From: Deferrisomatales bacterium
GTDB lineage: Bacteria > Desulfobacterota > Deferrisomatia > Deferrisomatales > JACRMM01
Length of the DNA: 14,381 nt
Reading direction: 5' to 3'
Assembly: GCA_033551855.1 (NCBI GenBank)
Contig: JAWSUI010000081.1
Span: 1 to 14,381, forward strand
A model generated the notes under the pieces. It ran no database searches, had not been told where the DNA came from, and saw only the letters and a list, made by a program, of their open reading frames with translations. Shown piece by piece: positions 1 through 7,405 of this stretch; position 1 is the stretch's first letter; each line of letters begins with the position of its first letter. A program made the position numbers and the translations under genes.

Positions 1-1
1 G

Positions 2-334
2 GCGGGCTTCTTCGTGGTGGGGGTCTACGGGGGCTTCGTCCAGGCCGGGGTCGGCTTCTTCATCCTGGCGGCCACGACCCTGGCCGGCCTGGACCTGGTG
101 CGCGGCAACGCGGTGAAGGTGCTCAGCGTCCTGGTCCTCACCGCCCTCTCCCTGGCCGTCTTCGCCTCCCACGGCAAGGTCGACTGGGTCCTAGGGTTCT
201 CCCTGGGGGCGGGCAACACGGTGGGGGGGTTCATCGGGGTCCGGCTGGCCATCCTCCGCGGCCACGAGTGGCTGCGCAAGGTGGTGACCGCCTGCGTCAT
301 CTTCTTCGCCTTGCTGCTCCTCCTGCGGGGGTAA
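2..334 (+). CDS. Sulfite exporter TauE/SafE-family membrane protein, 3' part (open at the window edge)
   Basis: Frame is open from base 2 (AGFFVVGVYGGFVQAGVGFF...). The GxYGGFxQAGxG motif, 'NAVK', 'GKVDW..G..LG.GN.VGG..G' and a hydrophobic C-terminus are typical of TauE/SafE. Stop TAA at 332-334. Confidence 0.8.
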   Translation, partial: AGFFVVGVYGGFVQAGVGFFILAATTLAGLDLVRGNAVKVLSVLVLTALSLAVFASHGKVDWVLGFSLGAGNTVGGFIGVRLAILRGHEWLRKVVTACVIFFALLLLLRG

Positions 335-415
335 GGGGCATCCCTGGGCGCGGGCGGCGCCGACGCGCTGCCCGACCTGCCCGCCCCGACGATCCCCGCG
401 CCAGGCCTTCTCCGC

Positions 416-1102
416 TCAGGAACGCGCGCGGCGGACCTCCGCACGCCCCTCGCCCGGCGCCCCCGGCTCAGGGAAGGCGCGGCGGAAGCACTCCTCCAGC
501 ACCCGGAAGACGTCCCCCAGGGGCGGCGCCCGGCCCAGGTGGGCCTCCAGAGAAGTGGCGGAGACGTCCGGCTGGCCGCAGGGCACGATCAGGCGGAAGT
601 GGGAGAGGTCCGGGGACGCGTTGAAGGCGAAGCCGTGGTACGAGACCCCTCGGGAGATGGCCACGCCGACGGCGCCGAGCTTGCCGCCGCGGGTGTAGAT
701 GCCGGGGCGCCCCGTCTGCCGGGCGGCCGTCACGCCGAGCTCGGCGGCGGTCCGGATCATCACCTCTTCCAGGCGGTGGACATAGACCCGAGCGCCCAAA
801 CCGCGGTCCGGCAGGTTCAGGATCGGGTATCCCACCGCCTGACCCGGCCCGTGGTAGGTGGCCTGGCCCCCCCTCTCCACCCGGTGGACCGCGATGCGCG
901 CTGCGGCGAGGGTCTCGGGCGCCGCCAGGACCCCGGAGGGGTCGGCGTTGCGCCCCAGGGTGATCACCGGCTCGTGCTCCAGGAGGACGAGGGTGTCGGG
1001 CTCCCCGCCCTCGCGGCGGCGGCGGAGCAGATCGAGTTGGAGCGCGTGGGCAGCGCGGTAGGGGGTGAGGCCCGGGAGCCTCAGGACCCGGACGGGGGGC
1101 AC
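416..1102 (-). CDS. lipB: Lipoyl(octanoyl) transferase LipB
   Basis: Motifs LLEHEPVITLGR, RGGQATYHGPGQAVGYPI, KLGAVG, HGFAFN and IVPCG. GTG start 4 nt after the lipA stop. Confidence 0.95.
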   Translation of the reverse strand: MPPVRVLRLPGLTPYRAAHALQLDLLRRRREGGEPDTLVLLEHEPVITLGRNADPSGVLAAPETLAAARIAVHRVERGGQATYHGPGQAVGYPILNLPDRGLGARVYVHRLEEVMIRTAAELGVTAARQTGRPGIYTRGGKLGAVGVAISRGVSYHGFAFNASPDLSHFRLIVPCGQPDVSATSLEAHLGRAPPLGDVFRVLEECFRRAFPEPGAPGEGRAEVRRARS

Positions 1103-1106
1103 GGCC

Positions 1107-2030
1107 TCACGCCCCGGCGCCGGCGGGGATCGGTTCTCCCCCTTTGCGGAGGCGCTGGACGTAGGCCTCCGCGGCCCGGTAGGAGGTGCGGGCCAGGGGA
1201 GCGGCGGCTACGTACCCGAAACCCATCCGGCGTCCTTCCTCGGCCAGCGCCTCGAAGGCTTCGGGGGGAACGAACGCGCGCACCGCGGCGTGGGAACGGG
1301 TGGGCTGGAGGTACTGGCCCAGGACCAGGATCTCCACGCCGGCCGTCCGGAGGTCCTCCATGGTCCGCAGCACTTCGTCGCGGGTTTCCCCGAGCCCGAG
1401 CAGGAGCGACGACTTGGTGAGCACCGCGCGGCTCAGGGTCCGCGCCTCCTGCAGGACGGCCAGGGACCTGCGGTAGGCGAAGCGCCCGTGCCGGAGGTCC
1501 GGGGTGAGGCGCTCGACCACCTCGACGTTGTGGGCCAGCACGTCGGGGCCGGCGGTCAGCACCGCCGCCAGGGGGCCGTTCGAGTAGTCGGGGACGAGGA
1601 CCTCTACCAGGGGAGGGGGGACGAGGGCCTTCAGGCGCGCCACGGCAGCGGCGAAGACCGAGGCGCCGCCGTCGGGGAGATCGTCCCGGGTGACGGAGGT
1701 CAACACCGCGTACGAGAGGCCCATCCGCCGGGCGGCGGTCGCCACCTGGGAGGGCTCCCCCGGATCCAAGGCGCCGCCCGGGTCGCCCCGGTGCACGGCG
1801 CAGAAGCCGCACCCCCGGGTGCACGTCTCCCCCAGGAGCAGGAACGTGGCCGTTCCCGATTCCCAGCACTCGGCGGCGTTGGGGCACCGGGCCTCCTCGC
1901 ACACGGTGTGCAGCCCGCCCTCGCGCAGCGTCTCGCGGACCGCGCGGTAGCGCTCCCCTCCAGGGACGCGCACCTTGAGCCACTCCGGTTTGCGGCCCGG
2001 TCCGCCGCTCGGGGGGGGTGGGGCGCTCAT
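1107..2030 (-). CDS. lipA: Lipoyl synthase LipA (radical SAM)
   Basis: KPEWLK, auxiliary-cluster motif CEEARCPNAAECW (CX4CX5C), radical-SAM motif CTRGCGFC, TSVTRDDL, GQYLQP and C-terminal RTSY. Start taken at ATG 2030 (2039 is possible); the listed 2123 start is probably too long. Confidence 0.96.
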   Translation of the reverse strand: MSAPPPPSGGPGRKPEWLKVRVPGGERYRAVRETLREGGLHTVCEEARCPNAAECWESGTATFLLLGETCTRGCGFCAVHRGDPGGALDPGEPSQVATAARRMGLSYAVLTSVTRDDLPDGGASVFAAAVARLKALVPPPLVEVLVPDYSNGPLAAVLTAGPDVLAHNVEVVERLTPDLRHGRFAYRRSLAVLQEARTLSRAVLTKSSLLLGLGETRDEVLRTMEDLRTAGVEILVLGQYLQPTRSHAAVRAFVPPEAFEALAEEGRRMGFGYVAAAPLARTSYRAAEAYVQRLRKGGEPIPAGAGA

Positions 2031-2156
2031 GCTGCCCATGGTAGCGCAACCGCCCCTGGGGAGACAGCCGGGAAGGAGGGACTCCTTGAGCCCCCAGCGT
2101 GGGGCCCAGGAAAGAGAAAACACGCGTGCCTATGGGCTTTGCGGGCTTTCTTGAAG

Positions 2157-2200
2157 TGGCGGTCCCTACGGGATTTGAACCCGTTTCGCCGACGTGAGAG
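2157..2200 (-). tRNA. 3' half of tRNA-Glu(CTC), anticodon loop to CCA; probable att junction, not a functional tRNA
   Basis: Minus strand reads CTCTCAC (anticodon loop, CTC) GTCGG CGAA ACGGG-TTCAAAT-CCCGT (T arm) AGGGACC G CCA. No D arm or 5' anticodon stem upstream. Confidence 0.88.
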
Positions 2201-2267
2201 ACGAAGGGCACAGATCGAGAATTTCCTGCATCTGCAAATAGTTCGAGCGATATCAAGAGCTTGCTGC

Positions 2268-2345
2268 GTGAGAATTTGAGTGAATCGGGGACGCAAGAAG
2301 AGGAGAAGTCCGACAACCTCTCGTCGGATTCACTCAGTTTTTCAC
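2268..2345. repeat. 19-bp imperfect inverted repeat inside the tRNA junction; candidate integrase arm-type or accessory binding sites
   Basis: GTGAGAATTTGAGTGAATC (2268-2286) matches the reverse complement of GATTCACTCAGTTTTTCAC (2327-2345) at 16/19. Inner hairpin TCCGAC/GTCGGA (2309-2328). Locally AT-rich. Function is inferred. Confidence 0.6.
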
Positions 2346-2621
2346 TCGGCGCGCTGCCCGGCCATCGCCCCTCGATCAGGCGGCCACGTGACCCCACAAC
2401 CTTGTGTCCGGGGAGCCGTGGGGCCGGTACACGCACCTGACGGCGCGCGACTACAACGGCTGCCCTCATGCGCCCGGGAGGGGCGATGTGGTCCCTGAAT
2501 GGTTTCGGTTCCCGCCGCTGCAGTTGGTTCCCGCTGCACCCTTGACGCTCAGGCGACATACGCCAAACTTACGGCTCTTCCGTCCCACCCCGCGCCAGCG
2601 GGTCCGAGAGGGAGGAGCCCT

Positions 2622-3759
2622 GTGGCCATTGCCGCCGTCGCCGAACGCTCCGTCTACCACCCGCGCGACCCCACGGCATCTCCCCTGTGGCGCTGTCTCG
2701 ACGCCCACTATGACGCCTTCCGCGGCAACTACCCCGCGACCTTCCAGGAGACGCACGGCTTCTTCCGGCCGGTGGTGGACGAGGTGGTGGAGGACTACCT
2801 GGAGTGCGGCGACCTCAAGAGCGGCTTCGCCCGCATCCGCTGCACCTCCCCGGGATGCGGCAAGGAGATGCTCCTGGCCTTCAGCTGCAAGGGGCGCTGG
2901 TTCTGCCCGAGCTGCCACGAGAAGAAGGTGCTCCAGTTCGGGGAGTTCGCGGTCGGCGAGGTGCTCTACCCCGTGCCCCACTGCCAGATGGTGTTCACCC
3001 TGCCGCGGATGCTCCGGGTGTACTTCCGGCACCACCGAAAGCGCCTGGGCGCCCTGTGCCGGTGTGCGGTGGAGAGCCTCGAAAGCTACCTGCGAACGCT
3101 CCTGGCCCTTCCCGACGGGTCCGTCGGCGTGATCGCCGTGATCCACACCTTCGGCGACTACGCGCGCTTTCATCCCCACCTCCACCTGGTAGCCGCCGAC
3201 GGGCTGTTTCGCAGGAACGGCGTCTTCCACGTAGCGCCCCGGGCCTCCACCCAACCGCTGGAAGACCTGTTCCGGGCGCGGGTGCTGAAGCTCCTACGCC
3301 AAGAGGGCAAGATCGACGATCGGCAGATCCGCAGCCTGCGCGGCTGGAAGCACAGCGGCTTCAGCGCCTACCGGGGCGAGCCCATCTCGCGCCACGACCG
3401 GCGGGCTCAGGAGAACCTGGCCCAGTACGTGATGCGAAACCCCTTCAGCGTGGAGAAGATGACCTACGTGCCGGAGACCGAAACGGTGATCTACCGCTCC
3501 GAGATGAAATTTCGAGGTCTATGACGCCCGGGCGTTCATCGCCGCCGTCACCCAGCACATCCCGCCCAAGGGCTTCCAGATGGTGCGCTACTACGGCTGG
3601 TACTCCAACCGGGCGCGAGGTGAACGCAAGAAGCTGGGCCTGACGAAGCCGGGCTCCGAGATCGAGGAGGGCCAGGAGGGCACGGTGCTCGACGTCGCTG
3701 AGCGCCAGCCAACGCGGGTGCCGTCCAAGACCTGGCGGCAGCTCATCCAGAAGGTCTGG
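2622..3759 (+). pseudogene. IS91/ISCR-family (Y2_Tnp, HUH rolling-circle) transposase, frameshifted at ~3507 and truncated by IS1634
   Basis: GGAGGAG RBS (2611-2617) before GTG 2622. Zn-binding region YLECG..FARIRC..C..FSCKGRWFCPSC, VFTLP, HUH motif HTFG...FHPHLH, HSGFS, LAQYVMR. From 3508 the +1 frame continues NFEVYDARAFIAAVTQHIPPKGFQMVRYYGWYSN...WRQLIQKVW and then meets the IS1634 left end. Confidence 0.9.
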
Positions 3760-3934
3760 CCCGTCTTCTACAGTACAAGCGTCACAAGCTGAGCCTCGAT
3801 GGCGAACTGGGGCCCTTGTCTGATTGTGATTCGCGGAAAAGTTGGCGTGTGTAGTGCCAACAGGATCTCATTTTGTTGTGGCGGTCAATCTGATTCTGCG
3901 GTAGAAGCGTGGTGTCCGAAGACGGAGGGGCGCC

Positions 3935-5599
3935 ATGTTTTTCCGCAGGAAGACAACCAAGGGCCACACCTACCTCCAAATCGTCGAGAACCGGCGAGAG
4001 GAGGGAAAGGTCAAACAGACGGTGGTGGCAACACTGGGTCGCCTCGACGCGCTGGAGTCCTCCGGGCAGCTCGACGGGCTGCTTCGGTCCGGCGCCCGGT
4101 TTGCCGAGTCGGTCCTTGTCCTGTCGGCGCACGAGAAGGGGGAGCTGACGAAGGTGGCCTCGGCGCGCGTGGGCCCGGGGCTCGTCTTCGAGCGCTTGTG
4201 GGAGGAAACCGGATGCAAGGCCGAGATGGCGCGGCTGCTTCGGGACCGGGGGTTTGGGTTTTCGGTGGAACGGGCGCTGTTTCTCACCGTAGTCCATCGG
4301 CTGATGAGCCCGGGCTCGGACCGGGCGGCGAGCAAATGGCGGGCGAGCTACGCGCTTACAGGCACGCAGGACCTGGAGCTCCACCAGCTCTATCGCGCGA
4401 TGAGTTGGCTGGGAGCCGAGCTTCCGGAGGGCGAGCAGGCGGGCCGCACCCCGTTTGCCCCTCGGTGTACGAAGGACCTGGTGGAGGAGGGCTTGTTCGC
4501 CCGCCGCCGTGACCTTCTGACCACGCTGGACTTGGTCTTCTTCGACACGACATCGATCTACTTCGAGGGAGAAGGAGGGCTCACCCTCGGGGAGTACGGC
4601 AACAGCAAGGACTCCCGGCCCGACCTCAAGCAGATGGTGGTGGGCGCGGTTGTGGATGGCGAGGGCCGTCCGATCGCCTGCGAGCTCTGGCCCGGCAACA
4701 CCACCGATGTGAAGACCCTGGTGCCCATCGTGGAGCGGCTCCAGAAGCGCTTTGCCATCGGACGCATCTGCGTGGTGGCCGACCGGGGGATGATCAGCGC
4801 CAAGACCCTGGGGGAGCTCAACCGACGAGGGTGGCTCTACATCCTGGGAGCGCGGATGCGAAGCGTCGCGGAGGTGCGAGACGAGGTGCTGTCTCGCGCC
4901 GGGCGCTACGAGCAAATCCACCCCAAGGGGACCTCGACGAAGGACCCCTCGCCCTTGAAGGTCAAGCAGGTCATGGTCTGGGATCGGCGCTACGTAGTGT
5001 GCCTCCACGAAGACCAGGCGAAGAAGGACGCCGCAGACCGGCAGGCCATCCTGGCGGGCCTTGGCGCGCAGCTCAAGAAGGGCGACAAGGCGCTGGTGGG
5101 CAACAAGGGCTACCGCAAGTACCTCAAGAGCCAGGGGGCGAGGTTCGAGATCGACGAGGACAAGATCCGCGAGGAGTCCCGCTACGACGGCAAGTGGGTG
5201 CTCCTGACCAACACCGACCTGCCCACGCGGGAGGTGGCGCTCAAGTACAAGCAGCTGTGGATGGTGGAGGACATTTTCCGCAGCGCGAAGACGCTTCTGG
5301 AGACACGGCCGATCTTCCACAAGCGCGACGAGACCATCCGGGGCCACGTCTTCTGCAGCTTCCTGGCGCTGGTGCTTCGCAAGGAGCTCCAGGACCGGCT
5401 GGAGGCCAAGGGGCACGATCTGGAGTGGGCGGACGTGATCCGGGACCTCGACGCCCTGGAGGAGACCATCGTGGAGCAGGAGGCCAAGCGCTTCGTGCTG
5501 CGAAGCGAGGTCCGTGGGACGTGCGGGGCGGTTTTCCAGTCTGTGGGCGTAGCCATTCCTCCGACCGTTCGACAGGTCGGCGCGCCCAAGACGGCGTGA
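3935..5599 (+). CDS. IS1634-family DDE transposase
   Basis: 554 aa. N-terminal YLQIVENRR..GKVKQ.VVA.LGR, LYRAM.WL, FFDTTSIYFEG, G.SKD.RPDLKQ, VADRGM, YK.LW.VE..FR..K..LE.RPIFH....IRGHVF.SFLAL. GGAGG RBS upstream. Confidence 0.93.
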   Translation: MFFRRKTTKGHTYLQIVENRREEGKVKQTVVATLGRLDALESSGQLDGLLRSGARFAESVLVLSAHEKGELTKVASARVGPGLVFERLWEETGCKAEMARLLRDRGFGFSVERALFLTVVHRLMSPGSDRAASKWRASYALTGTQDLELHQLYRAMSWLGAELPEGEQAGRTPFAPRCTKDLVEEGLFARRRDLLTTLDLVFFDTTSIYFEGEGGLTLGEYGNSKDSRPDLKQMVVGAVVDGEGRPIACELWPGNTTDVKTLVPIVERLQKRFAIGRICVVADRGMISAKTLGELNRRGWLYILGARMRSVAEVRDEVLSRAGRYEQIHPKGTSTKDPSPLKVKQVMVWDRRYVVCLHEDQAKKDAADRQAILAGLGAQLKKGDKALVGNKGYRKYLKSQGARFEIDEDKIREESRYDGKWVLLTNTDLPTREVALKYKQLWMVEDIFRSAKTLLETRPIFHKRDETIRGHVFCSFLALVLRKELQDRLEAKGHDLEWADVIRDLDALEETIVEQEAKRFVLRSEVRGTCGAVFQSVGVAIPPTVRQVGAPKTA

Positions 5600-5615
5600 C
5601 GATCCGTCACGCCGT
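5591..5615 (+). terminator. Perfect 11-bp hairpin over the transposase stop codon; possible terminator or mRNA stability element
   Basis: ACGGCGTGACG-ATC-CGTCACGCCGT. No strong U-tract follows. Confidence 0.45.
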
Positions 5616-5705
5616 GAAGGGGCTTCTGTAGTGCCAACGCCGAGGTGCGTCATCCTAACATCCCGATATTAGGGCACTTTGCATTTACCACTGTAGAAGA
5701 TGGGC

Positions 5706-5734
5706 TTGACCAACCCCATGCCCCGTGCTACTCC
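5706..5734 (+). promoter_or_regulatory. Putative sigma70-type promoter for the OYE gene
   Basis: TTGACC, 17 nt, then TACTCC with an upstream TG (TGcTACTCC). Starts 1 nt outside the IS1634 right end. The -10 match is weak. Confidence 0.35.
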
Positions 5735-5796
5735 CAAACCCCAAGCGCAGCCATTCGCTCAGCCCGATAGCAACCCCCTAACCCGAGGAGAGTCTC

Positions 5797-6882
5797 ATGC
5801 CAACTGACAGCCGCCTGTTCGAACCCTGCGTCTGCGGCCCCCTCACCCTGCCGAACCGGGTGGTGATGGCCCCCATGACCCGCAACCGCGCCGGCGCGGG
5901 CAATGTGCCGCAACCCTTGAACGCCGAGTATTACACGCAGCGGGCTACCGCCGGCTTGATCGTCACCGAGGCAACCCAGGTCTCGCCCCAGGGGGTTGGG
6001 TACCCGGACACCCCCGGGATCCACTCGACGGCCCAAGTAGAGGGTTGGCGACACGTGACCGACGCGGTCCACGGCGCGGGAGGGCACATCTTCCTGCAAC
6101 TGTGGCATGTGGGCCGCATCTCTCACCCGTCCCTGCAACCCGGCGGCGGGCTGCCGGTGGCCCCGTCCGCCGTCGCCCCCGCGGGGGAGGTGATGACCTA
6201 CCAGGGTCCGCAGCCGTTCGTGACTCCCCGGGCACTGGAGACCGACGAACTCCCCGGGATCGTGGAGCAGTTCCGGCTGGGGGCCGCGAATGCCCGACGG
6301 GCCGGGTTCGACGGAGTGGAGGTGCACGGGGCCAACGGCTATCTGCTCGACCAGTTTCTGCGCGACGGCACCAACCGCCGCACCGACAGTTACGGCGGCA
6401 ACGTGGAAAACCGAACCCGCCTGCTGGTGGAAGTGGTCGAGGCGGTGTGCGGCGCCTGGGAGCCGGGCCGCGTGGGGGTGCGGCTGTCGCCGCTGAACAC
6501 CTTCAACAGCATGTGCGACGCAAACCCGGAGGTCACGTTCCGGTACGCCGCCGGGGCCCTGAGAGCCTTTGGTCTGGCGTACCTGCATGTGGTCGAGGCG
6601 TCGATCGGTCCAGAGGGGGTCGCGCCCCAACCGTTCGACTACCGCGGTCTGAAACAAGCGTTCGGCGGGGTCTATATGGCCAACGGTGGCTACACCCGGC
6701 AACGGGCCGACGCGGTTTTGGCCGAAGGGAGGGCCGACCTGGTGTCGTTTGGGGCGCTGTTTCTTGCCAATCCTGATTTGCCCGAGCGCCTGCGCCGCGG
6801 CGGCCCCTTCAATGCCCCCGACCCGAGCACGTTCTACGGCGGCGGCGCAGCGGGCTACACCGACTATCCGCCCCTGGGCTGA
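5797..6882 (+). CDS. nemA: Old Yellow Enzyme family alkene reductase / N-ethylmaleimide reductase (FMN, NAD(P)H)
   Basis: NRVVMAPMTRNRA, YYTQRA.AGLIVTEAT, QLWHVGRISH, active-site HGANGYL, NRRTD.YGG..ENR.R, ANPDLP and TFYGGG..GYTDYP. GAGGAG RBS at 5785-5790. Confidence 0.92.
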   Translation: MPTDSRLFEPCVCGPLTLPNRVVMAPMTRNRAGAGNVPQPLNAEYYTQRATAGLIVTEATQVSPQGVGYPDTPGIHSTAQVEGWRHVTDAVHGAGGHIFLQLWHVGRISHPSLQPGGGLPVAPSAVAPAGEVMTYQGPQPFVTPRALETDELPGIVEQFRLGAANARRAGFDGVEVHGANGYLLDQFLRDGTNRRTDSYGGNVENRTRLLVEVVEAVCGAWEPGRVGVRLSPLNTFNSMCDANPEVTFRYAAGALRAFGLAYLHVVEASIGPEGVAPQPFDYRGLKQAFGGVYMANGGYTRQRADAVLAEGRADLVSFGALFLANPDLPERLRRGGPFNAPDPSTFYGGGAAGYTDYPPLG

Positions 6883-6991
6883 GGACGGCGGCTGCCGGGC
6901 GTTGGTCAGTCCTCCAACTCCCTCGCTTGCCCCCGCCGCGGGGCTCGGCTACAACCACCGCATCTTCTCGCCCCGCTCTCGGAGGTCGCCC

Positions 6992-7045
6992 TTGCGCCAA
7001 CTCCTGTTGCTTGCCGTCCTCGCCGTGGTTTGTCTTTCGATCCCG
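6992..7045 (+). pseudogene. Possible 5' remnant (signal peptide only) of a secreted-protein gene
   Basis: TTGCCC-17-TACAAC (6927-6955), GGAGGT (6981-6986), TTG at 6992, then (M)RQLLLLAVLAVVCLSIP. The frame stops looking protein-like after that. Confidence 0.35.
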
Positions 7046-7173
7046 AACCGCGTCGCGGGGATCAACGCGGGACCACGCTGTTTGACGCGGCCGAAGCGCC
7101 GCCGGAGCTCTGCTGCGAGCCGGTCGACGACGGCTGGCCGGGTTACGAAGAACCCACCTACACCCTCCACTGA
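7045..7173 (+). pseudogene. Probable C-terminal tail of an IS91/ISCR-type transposase
   Basis: A frame not in the ORF track reads ...LFDAAEAPPELCCEPVDDGWPGYEEPTYTLH-stop (TGA 7171-7173). I recall EPxDDGWPGYEEP as a C-terminal signature of some Y2_Tnp proteins; not verified by search. It lies ~230 nt before an oriIS-like end. The 5' boundary is approximate. Confidence 0.55.
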
Positions 7174-7225
7174 CCCGTCGGTCACGACGCGGCGCATCGG
7201 CAGCCTATGCCCTCCCGCCGGGGTG

Positions 7226-7405
7226 GAGACGGGTGCACCACCCGTTTCGCCCTGCTTCGTCCTCCCCGATTCCACAAATCCGCTTGACCCGCCCCGCCGC
7301 CCCGTGCTAACGAGGCCACACAGGGTGGGCACCGGGGACACCCACAGCCCCGCAAGCCCCTGCGGGCCCGCTCCCGGCCGGACCGGCCGAAAGCAACTTC
7401 CTATC
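7226..7405 (+). mobile_element. oriIS-like end of an IS91/ISCR-type element, with hairpins and a possible outward promoter
   Basis: Terminal AAAGCAACTTCCTATC (7390-7405) carries the TTCCTAT core of IS91/ISCR oriIS. Hairpins at 7226-7248, 7349-7366 and 7375-7389. TTGACC-18-TAACGA at 7284-7313. The neighbouring gene is truncated at this point. Confidence 0.7.

Larger units (their letters stand above)
3760..5704 (+). mobile_element. IS1634-family insertion sequence, 1945 bp
   Basis: Terminal inverted repeats CCCGTCTTCTACAGT (3760-3774) and ACTGTAGAAGATGGG (5690-5704), 14/15 match, enclosing one DDE transposase. Flanks GTCTGG / CTTGAC show no target duplication. Confidence 0.9.

Noticed and set aside
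1..2030. TauE plus lipoate genes as an sHdr-type sulfur-oxidation lipoylation cluster
   Set aside because: The genes are canonical LipA/LipB rather than LipS1/S2-LplA, tauE is convergent, and no lbpA or shdr genes are in view.
2157..2235. Complete functional tRNA-Glu
   Set aside because: No D arm and no 5' anticodon stem (CCGAC) upstream of the loop. Only 44 nt fit the cloverleaf.
539..2559. Long alternative ORFs over lipA/lipB (539-1420, 1065-2279, 1081-2559)
   Set aside because: Arg/Gly/Pro-rich off-frame or antisense translations, two of them running through the tRNA fragment.
3782..5653. 623-aa minus-strand ORF
   Set aside because: Antisense to the well-supported IS1634 transposase, with no motifs of its own.
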